A DNA stretch of 64,000 nucleotides from Planctomycetota bacterium (GTDB taxonomy: Bacteria > Planctomycetota > B15-G4 > JADJEK01): the NCBI GenBank assembly GCA_044225365.1, contig JBGAIQ010000005.1, positions 160,001 through 224,000 of the forward strand. Reading direction: 5' to 3'. This document shows, in pieces, positions 9,656 to 20,134 of this stretch. Under the pieces are notes generated by a model. The model ran no database searches. It was not told where the DNA came from and was given only the letters and a program-made list of their open reading frames with translations. The position numbers and the translations under genes were made by a program. The first letter of the stretch is position 1. Every line of letters starts with the position of its first letter.

Positions 9656-11415
9656 GCAAAGACCTCGCTCTGGAAACGTGAGGCCGGACTCTCGAGCCAC
9701 TTCTCGAGCCGCGCGACCGCATCCGCACCGGCACCGTCCCTCCAGGCGAGCTTCACGATCTTGCTCGGCTCCTTCGGCACCAGGACGGTGCAGGTCGCCA
9801 GTGAGTCATCCCGGAAATAGTCGATGCGCACGCTGCACCCTCGCGCTTCGCGCAGTCGCTCGGCGAGCGTTGCCGCCGTGACTCTCTGGCCGTCGAGAGC
9901 GACGATCTCATCGCCGGGCCCGAGTCCGCCGCACTCCGCCGGGCTGTTGCGCTCGACGACGTCGATCCGCAATGGGTTCGCGCCGGGCTTGATCCGCACG
10001 CCGATCCAGTCGCGCGCGGTCGGTGATGGAGCGCGATCCTCGCACGTCCATTTCACGGCGAAGCGCTCGAGCGCCGCCGCGAAATCGAGTTCCTGCGTTC
10101 CGCGTACCGCGACTTCGAAGAACTCCGAGAGATCCTTGCCGGCGGCCTGGCTCGCGAGGCTCTCGAACTCCTCGGCCGAGAATCCGGGCGAGTCCGCCGC
10201 GTGGCGCTCGAACAGACTTCGCATCACGTCGTCGAGAGTGCGCTTCGAGTCCGTCGCGTACCGGATCTCGAGGTCGAGGAGGAGCGCGACGAGACAACCC
10301 TTCTGGTAGTACGAGATCCCGGAGTTCGGATAGTCCTCGTCCTGCCGATAGAACCGCGTCCAGGTCGTGAGTGACGACTCCTCGAGCGATTGCTCGAGCC
10401 GTCCCGGACTCTCGAGATAGCGCGAGATCTCTTCGCCGAGGCGGATCAGGTATTGGTCACGCGTGATGATTCCGGCGCGCAGGACCAGGAGCTCGTCGTA
10501 GTAGCTGGTCACGCCTTCGCAGATCCAGAGGGACTTCGTGTACGTCTCGCTCTTCAAGTCGTACGGCACGAACTCGCGTGGCTTGGTCCGCTTCACGTTC
10601 CAGGAATGGAAGTGCTCGTGCGCGATGAGCGTGGCGAGATCGACCTTCAGCTTGTCGTCCTTGAACGAGAACCGCGGAAACGCGAGCAAGGTCGAGTTGC
10701 AGTGCTCGAGTCCGCTCTGCACGTCCCGGGTCGTGAACAAGAGGAAGGTGTACTCGGAATAGGGCAGCGGCCCGAATGTCCGAGCCGCGGTCTCGACGAT
10801 CCGTCGACTCTCCTCCGTGATCGTGTCGAGCGAGTGATTCCCGGCGCCTGCGAGCACGAATCGATGCGGCTTGCCGCCCGCGACGAACTCCCGCTGGAGG
10901 AGGTCGCCGAACATGAGCGGGCAATCGATGAGCTCGGCGTAGGTCCGGGCGACGAATCGCGAACCCGAATTCGAATCGCAGGCAAGACCGGTGTAGCAAT
11001 TCCAACTCGTCGGGAGTTCGCCGTAGTCGACGGTGCACTCCTCGTCCTCCCGACCCGTCACGGCGAGGAAGATCGACGCACCGTTCAACACGGCCATCGT
11101 CGAATCGACGTAGCTCGTTCGGACGCTCAATTCGTTCGCGAACACTCGATAGTGGATTCGCACCCTCTCACCGGGTCGCGCCCCGATCCGGAACGAGGAT
11201 TTGTCGCGCCGCGTGATCGCGAGCGCTCTCCCCTCGGCGCCAGTCGCCGAGACGCGTCGCAGGTTCCGCGCGAACTCGCGAATCAGATACGACCCGGGTG
11301 TCCACGTCGGCAGCCAGAGGTCGACCGTCCCGTCGCGGCTCGAAGCCTCGAACTCGACGTCCACGTCGACGTGATGCGTCGCGCGATCGGAGAAGCGGAT
11401 GCGATAACGTATCAT
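9652..11415 (-). CDS. M61 family (glycyl) metallo-aminopeptidase with PDZ domain
   Basis: PTWTPGSY, GLEH, AHEHFHSWNVKR, LWICEGVTSYY, SYYQKG, C-terminal PDZ (SPAECGGLGPGDEIVALDG). Confidence 0.95.
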   Translation of the reverse strand: MIRYRIRFSDRATHHVDVDVEFEASSRDGTVDLWLPTWTPGSYLIREFARNLRRVSATGAEGRALAITRRDKSSFRIGARPGERVRIHYRVFANELSVRTSYVDSTMAVLNGASIFLAVTGREDEECTVDYGELPTSWNCYTGLACDSNSGSRFVARTYAELIDCPLMFGDLLQREFVAGGKPHRFVLAGAGNHSLDTITEESRRIVETAARTFGPLPYSEYTFLLFTTRDVQSGLEHCNSTLLAFPRFSFKDDKLKVDLATLIAHEHFHSWNVKRTKPREFVPYDLKSETYTKSLWICEGVTSYYDELLVLRAGIITRDQYLIRLGEEISRYLESPGRLEQSLEESSLTTWTRFYRQDEDYPNSGISYYQKGCLVALLLDLEIRYATDSKRTLDDVMRSLFERHAADSPGFSAEEFESLASQAAGKDLSEFFEVAVRGTQELDFAAALERFAVKWTCEDRAPSPTARDWIGVRIKPGANPLRIDVVERNSPAECGGLGPGDEIVALDGQRVTAATLAERLREARGCSVRIDYFRDDSLATCTVLVPKEPSKIVKLAWRDGAGADAVARLEKWLESPASRFQSEVFA

Positions 11416-11440
11416 GCCTGCAAGACTCTCTTCCGCTCGC

Positions 11441-12826
11441 CTACGGCTGTGGACTCTTTGAAGAATCGCGAAGCGCGCGGGCGAACAATTCGACGGGGTG
11501 AACCACCTCGATGGTCGAACCGGCGCGCCGCAGCCCAGCCTGGTATTGAAGGAGACAGCCCGGATTCGCCGTCGCGATCACGTCGGCGCCGCTGCTCTTC
11601 AGCTCGTCGATCTTCTGATCGAGGAGGCGCATCGACTCCATCGGCTGCAGCACGTTGTAGAGCCCTGCTGCGCCGCAGCAGCGATCGGCGCGCGCGAGCG
11701 GCACGAGTTCGACGCCAGGAATCGCGGACAGCAGTTGTCGCGGAGCATCCTTCACGCCTTGTGCGTGGGCGAGATGGCATGCGTCGGCGTAGGCCACCTT
11801 GCGTTCGACGCGCTCGGACGGCGGCCTGATCCCTTGAGCGGCGAGGAACTCGTTGACGTCCTTCACCTTCTTCGCGAAGGAGCGCGCGAGATGGAGTTCG
11901 GGCGGCGTCACGCCCGGGGCATCCTCGAGTAGCCGTGCGTACTCCTTCATCGCCGCACAACAACCCGCGGAGTTGACGAGGATCGCATCGACGGTGCCGA
12001 TCGTCTCGAACGCTCTGATCGTTCGCAGAGCGGCTTGCCGCGCGGTCTCGAGTTGCCCGAAGTGCGCGCAAAGTGCGCCGCAGCAGACGTCCTTCTTGGG
12101 CAGGACGACTTCGTACCCCTGCTCGGCAAGGACCTTCACCGTCGCGCGGTTGACCGCACCGAGCAGGAGCGGCATCACGCAGCCTTCGAGCACCGCGACG
12201 CGGCCGCGATGGCCCATCCCCGAGAGCGTCTGTCGCGGCAGGCGTCGACGCGCGTGACGATCCGGAATCGGCGGCAGCAACTCGTCGCGCACTGCGAGTT
12301 CCTTGCCGAAGAACGCGAGGACGCCGTAGCGGCGCAGGATCCCGCGCAGGCCACTGCGATCGTAGAGCCGCAGGAAGAACGCGACGACGCGCAGTCGTCC
12401 CGGGAACGGGATGAGTTTCCGCAGCGCGAAGCGCCGGAGCCGATCGCGCAGGGTCGTGTTCCGCGCGGGCTCGAGGATCGAGGAGCGCGTGAACTCCATC
12501 ATCTCACCGAACTTCACGCCGGATGGACACACCGGCTCGCACGCGCGGCAGACCAAACAGAGATCGAGATCCTTGGTGATCGCGTCGGTCGGCGCGATCG
12601 CGCCCTCCACGAGACCGCGCATCGCGTAGATGCGCCCGCGCGGAGAGGTGGTCTCGCGACCGAAGAGTTCGTACGTCGGACACGCCGGGAGACACAGCCC
12701 GCAGTGCACGCAGTCGAGCGTGTGCTGATAGTTCGTGAGATCCTCTGCGCTGCGGAACGGACCGACCTCGCTCCGTGCCGGCGGGATCGGCGCTGCTTGG
12801 ACCGGTACTTTCGCGATATCGCTCAC
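11441..12826 (-). CDS. glcF: Glycolate oxidase-type iron-sulfur subunit
   Basis: CVHCGLCLPACPTY and CLVCRACEPVCPSG, two CCG domains, follows glcD-glcE. Confidence 0.9.
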   Translation of the reverse strand: MSDIAKVPVQAAPIPPARSEVGPFRSAEDLTNYQHTLDCVHCGLCLPACPTYELFGRETTSPRGRIYAMRGLVEGAIAPTDAITKDLDLCLVCRACEPVCPSGVKFGEMMEFTRSSILEPARNTTLRDRLRRFALRKLIPFPGRLRVVAFFLRLYDRSGLRGILRRYGVLAFFGKELAVRDELLPPIPDRHARRRLPRQTLSGMGHRGRVAVLEGCVMPLLLGAVNRATVKVLAEQGYEVVLPKKDVCCGALCAHFGQLETARQAALRTIRAFETIGTVDAILVNSAGCCAAMKEYARLLEDAPGVTPPELHLARSFAKKVKDVNEFLAAQGIRPPSERVERKVAYADACHLAHAQGVKDAPRQLLSAIPGVELVPLARADRCCGAAGLYNVLQPMESMRLLDQKIDELKSSGADVIATANPGCLLQYQAGLRRAGSTIEVVHPVELFARALRDSSKSPQP

Positions 12827-14202
12827 GCCTCACCTCCCGCAACGATCCGACCCGGAGACAGGATCGCCGCCGGATCGAGGGAGCGCTTCAATCGCGCCAT
12901 CCACTTGGCGTTCTCGAGGCGGCCAAAGTGGACGTCGCGGCGAGCGCGCCATTCCGCCGGCCCACCTTCGATCGACAGAGCTCGCTCGTCGAAGTTCGTC
13001 GCAGCGACCCCATCGCGCTCCGTCGCGAGACTCGTAATTGCGGCGAGCACTGCGTCGCTCGGCGGCGAATCGAGGTAGATGCGGACGCTGCCCTGTAGTG
13101 GCTCGGCCACGAGCGCGAACTCGACATCAACACCGGCGGCGCGTGCGTAGAGTGCATCGACGACGCCCCCGACGCGACTCGTCGCGCTCCCGCCTTCCAT
13201 CTGGAACGGCAGGTGCGTGAGCCGAATTACCACTCCTCCGCCGCGCGGATCGAACTTCGCGCGACACTCGCGCAGTGACGCCCAGAATCCGGTCTCGTCC
13301 GCTCCTTCCACACGTTCGCATCGCACGCCACCCGCATGCATCGCGGCATCGGATGCGCGCACGAGGGCGCGCTCGACCGCGACATGCAGACCGTGGAATC
13401 GCAGCGCCAGGACGAAGCTGTCGGCCGGAGTCGGGCGCAGAGCCGTCCCGAGACGTTCGAGCGAGGGCGCATCGATCGCGATGCAGCTCACCGGTTCGTC
13501 GCCGTGCGACCGAATCTGCGAGAGCACGGCGTCGAGACTCTCCGAGGAATCGCAGAATAGGATGGCACTGGCCTCGCGCTCCGGAATCGGACGCAATCGC
13601 AATGCGATCTCGCACAGAACGCCGAGAGAACCGAGGCTTCCACAATGGAGTCGGTGCAGATCGAATCCCGTGACGTTCTTGACGAGCCTCCCACCGGACT
13701 TTGCGAGCACGCCGTCGCTGTACGCCGCCTTCGTCCCGAGCACGTAGTCACGGGGCCGGCCGTATCCCGCGCGAAGGGGACCCGTCACATTCGCGGCGAC
13801 GATGCCGCCGATCGTGGCCTTGCCGAGTCCGGATGGATCGACGGGCAGCATCAGGCGATCCTCGCGCAGGCGCGCAACGAGGTCGGCGAAGCGAGTGCCC
13901 GCGCGAACCACGACGGTCTCGTCCGCCGGATCGTATTCCACGATGCCGGTCATGCCGGTCGTCGACAACAACACCTCGACCGGACGCGGCACGTTGCCGA
14001 GATCCTGATGTTGCCCTCCGCCCCACGGCACGACCGCGGCTCGGAGCTGGCTCGCCAACGCGAGGACGTTCGCGCACTGTTCCGGCTCGCGCGGCTTCAC
14101 GGCGACCCGTGGCTGCATCACGAACCAGCGCGAGAGATCCTCCTGCGGCCCGAGCTCGAACGCATCGTCCTTGCCGACGAGTGAGGCGAATCGTTCGATC
14201 AT
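12823..14202 (-). CDS. glcE: Glycolate oxidase-type FAD-binding subunit
   Basis: ATIGGIVAAN, GGRLVKNVTGFDL, GSLGSLG, LKRSLDPAAILSPGR. ATG overlaps the glcD stop (ATGA). Confidence 0.88.
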   Translation of the reverse strand: MIERFASLVGKDDAFELGPQEDLSRWFVMQPRVAVKPREPEQCANVLALASQLRAAVVPWGGGQHQDLGNVPRPVEVLLSTTGMTGIVEYDPADETVVVRAGTRFADLVARLREDRLMLPVDPSGLGKATIGGIVAANVTGPLRAGYGRPRDYVLGTKAAYSDGVLAKSGGRLVKNVTGFDLHRLHCGSLGSLGVLCEIALRLRPIPEREASAILFCDSSESLDAVLSQIRSHGDEPVSCIAIDAPSLERLGTALRPTPADSFVLALRFHGLHVAVERALVRASDAAMHAGGVRCERVEGADETGFWASLRECRAKFDPRGGGVVIRLTHLPFQMEGGSATSRVGGVVDALYARAAGVDVEFALVAEPLQGSVRIYLDSPPSDAVLAAITSLATERDGVAATNFDERALSIEGGPAEWRARRDVHFGRLENAKWMARLKRSLDPAAILSPGRIVAGGEA

Positions 14203-15668
14203 GGCGCGGCTCCCGCGCTCGTCTCGGCAGGGGACTCCGTTTGGGGATGCGCCTCGAGTTCGAGACATCCGGCCTTGGCCTCGACGCAACTTCGCGTCGA
14301 GGGAAGCACCTTGTGCGGGTTCAGTCGCCCGTCGGGATTGAACGCATCGCGCACCGCCCGCATCTTGTCGAGATCGCATGGCTCGAACACGAAATGCATG
14401 TAGTCGCGCTTCTCGACGCCAATGCCGTGCTCGCCCGAGAGCGAACCGCCGGCGTCGACGCAGGTCTTGAGGATCGCCATCCCCGCCGCGATCACTCGCT
14501 CCGTCTCGTCGGCGTCGCGTCGATCGTAGGACACGTTGGGATGCAGATTGCCGTCACCCGCGTGGAAGACGTTCGACAGGCGAACTCGATGCTCCGCGCC
14601 GATCTCGACGACGCGCTTCAACACCTCGGGCAACTTGGAACGCGGCACGACGGCATCCTGGACGTAGAGGTCGGGCGCGAGCCGCCCCATCGCACCGAAC
14701 GCACCCTTCCGCCCCTTCCACAGTTTGAGACGCGCGACGTCGTCCCGCGCACGATCGAACGAGAGCGCCCCGAGTTCGGCAACGAGCGTCGCGACGCGGT
14801 CGGCCGACGCCTCGACCGCGGGCGCTCCGCCGTCGAACTCGATGAGCAGGACGGCTCCCGCGTCGCGAGAGTAGCCCGCTGCGTACACCGAGGCCTCGAC
14901 CGCGTCGATCGTGAGCTTGTCGAGGATCTCGAGCGCGGAGGGTAAGAGACCCGAAGCAATGATCCGACGCACCGCCTCGCACGCGATCTCGACCGACGGA
15001 AACGCTGCGAGCAGAGTCTCCGTCAGTTCGGGCAACGGAGTGAGTTTCAGCGTCGCCTCGGTCACGATTGCGCAGGTTCCCTCCGAACCGACGAGGATGC
15101 CGACGAGGTCGAGCCCCAGGTCCCCGTCGAGCGGCGATCCGACGTCGACGATTTCACCATCTGGCATCACGACGCGCAGCGCGAGGACGTGGCGCGCGGT
15201 CGCGCCGTACTTGAAGCAATGCGGCCCGCCGGAATTCTCGGCGACATTGCCGCCGATGGTGCACGCGACCTGCGACGACGGATCCGGCGCGTAGAACAAT
15301 CCGAAGGGCTTCGTCGCGAGCGACACCTGGGCATTCGGCACCCCGCACTCGACCCGCGCGAAGCGATTCGCGGCGTCGATCGCGAGGATCTTCCGCATCC
15401 GCGCGGTCTCGATGATGACGCCGTCCTCGGGACACAGCGCCCCGCCCGAGAGTCCGGTCCCGGCGCCGCGGGCCACGAACGGCACCTTCGCTTCGTGCAG
15501 CACGCGCACGACCGCAGCGACCTCTTCGGTCGTCTTCGGCAACACGACGACCGCGGGTCGGCTGCGCAGATGCGTGAGGCCGTCGCACTCGTAGGCGAAG
15601 GTCTCCTCCCGCGTCGCGAGCACGTGCTCGCTGCCGACGATCGATCTCAGCCGTGCGACGTCCAGCAT
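14199..15668 (-). CDS. glcD: Glycolate oxidase-type FAD-linked subunit
   Basis: RGAGTGLSGG, YAPDPSSQVACTIGGNVAENSGGPHCFKYG, FHAGDGNLHP, GEHGIGVEK. Confidence 0.93.
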   Translation of the reverse strand: MLDVARLRSIVGSEHVLATREETFAYECDGLTHLRSRPAVVVLPKTTEEVAAVVRVLHEAKVPFVARGAGTGLSGGALCPEDGVIIETARMRKILAIDAANRFARVECGVPNAQVSLATKPFGLFYAPDPSSQVACTIGGNVAENSGGPHCFKYGATARHVLALRVVMPDGEIVDVGSPLDGDLGLDLVGILVGSEGTCAIVTEATLKLTPLPELTETLLAAFPSVEIACEAVRRIIASGLLPSALEILDKLTIDAVEASVYAAGYSRDAGAVLLIEFDGGAPAVEASADRVATLVAELGALSFDRARDDVARLKLWKGRKGAFGAMGRLAPDLYVQDAVVPRSKLPEVLKRVVEIGAEHRVRLSNVFHAGDGNLHPNVSYDRRDADETERVIAAGMAILKTCVDAGGSLSGEHGIGVEKRDYMHFVFEPCDLDKMRAVRDAFNPDGRLNPHKVLPSTRSCVEAKAGCLELEAHPQTESPAETSAGAAP

Positions 15669-15714
15669 CGTCCTTCCAAGCCGCGAACGAGGATTCGAAC
15701 GGGTCCTACCGCCA

Positions 15715-18405
<2,691 letters not shown>

Positions 18406-18674
18406 CGGGATCGCTCTGGCTGTTCGAGTTCGAATGCGAAGGTGAGGCGAATCGCCCCGCGCTCACCCGCCGCTTCCCGATCGCCGGAAAGAGGCTGTGG
18501 AAAGATCGCGATGTTAGCAGCTTGCGTCGGATGTGCGCCGCGTTTTGGCCCTGCGATCCAGGGGCCGAGAAGGGGGTTCGCCAAGCGCGACGGGACGAAA
18601 AAAGCGCGCGAATTTTCTGCGGGTCGCGGTTACGACCCGGAGTCACCGGCGTATCAAGGGGCGAGTTTCGAAAA

Positions 18675-18871
18675 GCGCACTTCGGTGTGCCGGACGGGAC
18701 TCCGAGAGAAGTGCCTGGGTTGCTGCGCCGAAGGCGTAAAACCTGAATCTCTCCTCCCAGTTCCCTGAACACCAGGTGATCCCAGGCCTCTCCCGTAACT
18801 GCCTACCTCCGGACTCTCCAAAACCGATCCTCATCCCGAAGACCCCCGGTACAAGCTGGGGGTAGGCACTT
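18675..18871 (+). ncRNA. Candidate structured cis-regulatory or small RNA upstream of ThiF/MoeB
   Basis: C(UUCG)G hairpin 18675-18690, three-way junction 18713-18787, and competing helices with 18856-18871. G-U pairs favour the + strand. No family recognised. Confidence 0.4.
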
Positions 18872-18957
18872 GCATGGCCGCCTGTTCGCGCCCGCGATCG
18901 GCGATGCCTTTGGACCATCCCGCACAGCGCGAGGAACATCGAGCCTCTCGCGCTACC

Positions 18958-20022
18958 ATGACGGCGATGAACTCTCCGCTCGATCCTCCACCTCCCGATC
19001 CTCGTTACTCGCGGCAAGTGCTCTATCGGCAGATCGGCCGCGCCGGTCAGGAGAGGCTCCGCACGGCGCGGATCGCGATCGTGGGCATCGGCGCTCTCGG
19101 AACCGTGGAGGCGACGATCCTTGCGCGCGCCGGAGTGGGAACCCTCCGCCTGATCGATCGGGATTTCGTCGAACTCTCGAACCTGCAGCGCCAGGTCCTC
19201 TTCGACGAGCAGGACGCGCGCACGGCGATGCCGAAGGCTGCCGCCGCCAAGCGACATCTGTCCGCGGCGAATTCGACGATCACGATCGACGATCGTTCGA
19301 CCGAAGTGAACGCGGCGACGATCGAGTCCCTCCTCACGGACGTCGACGTAGTCGTCGACGGCGCGGACAACTTCGAAGTGCGCTACCTGGTGAACGATTT
19401 CTGCGTTCGAGCGAAGAAGCCCTGGGTCTACGCCGCCGCGGTCGGGACGACCGGGCTGCTCATGCCGATCCTGCCCGGAACGACACCCTGCCTACGCTGC
19501 GTCTTCGAGGAGCCACCTCCGGCGGGAACGGCGGCGACGTGCGACACGAGCGGAGTTCTCGGCTCGACGACTGCAACCGTCGGTGCGCTCGCCGCACTCG
19601 AAGCGATCAAATTCGCGACTGGCCGAATCGACTCGATCCGCCGCGGCCTCCTCGAACTCGAGCTGTGGGACAATGAGATCCGCGACGTCGGTCTCGCCGG
19701 CCCTCGGGACGATTGTCCGTGTTGTGCTCATCGCAATTTCCCGTTCCTCTCCACACGCGGTGGCGGCGCGGCGACGTCGCTCTGCGGTCGGGACGCGATC
19801 CAAGTCGTACCCACGGCGGTCGGCGCCTTCGATTTCGAGAGCGTCCGAGCGCGACTCGCGAAGGCGTTTGCGGTCGTCGACAACGGCTTCCTCTTGCGCT
19901 TCCCGTTCGAGGGGCGTCAGGTCACGTTGTTCCGCGACGGCCGCGCGATCGTCCAGGGCTTGAACGGCATCGACGACGCCGCGCTCGCACGGTCGATCTA
20001 CAGCCGCACCATCGGGGCATGA
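18958..20022 (+). CDS. ThiF/MoeB family adenylyltransferase
   Basis: RYSRQ, GIGALG, DRDFVELSNLQRQ, DGADNF, CLRC, TCDTSGVL, CPCC, C-terminal LCGRDAIQ domain. Start is 18958 or 18967. Confidence 0.93.
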   Translation: MTAMNSPLDPPPPDPRYSRQVLYRQIGRAGQERLRTARIAIVGIGALGTVEATILARAGVGTLRLIDRDFVELSNLQRQVLFDEQDARTAMPKAAAAKRHLSAANSTITIDDRSTEVNAATIESLLTDVDVVVDGADNFEVRYLVNDFCVRAKKPWVYAAAVGTTGLLMPILPGTTPCLRCVFEEPPPAGTAATCDTSGVLGSTTATVGALAALEAIKFATGRIDSIRRGLLELELWDNEIRDVGLAGPRDDCPCCAHRNFPFLSTRGGGAATSLCGRDAIQVVPTAVGAFDFESVRARLAKAFAVVDNGFLLRFPFEGRQVTLFRDGRAIVQGLNGIDDAALARSIYSRTIGA

Positions 20023-20134
20023 GCTTCGCGACCGTTTCCAGGGCGATTATCCTATTCCAGCGGCGAAGATTCGACTCGTACCCGGGGGGCCGCCACGGAG
20101 GATCAAGCCGATGCGCAAGTTCGAGGGGTTTGCC

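Noticed and set aside
18675-18871. Assignment as TPP riboswitch, SRP RNA, tmRNA or hammerhead ribozyme
   Set aside because: Diagnostic motifs (CUGAGA, GGAAG-containing SRP loop, tRNA-like ends, CUGAnGA/GAAA core) are absent. It is kept only as an unclassified candidate.
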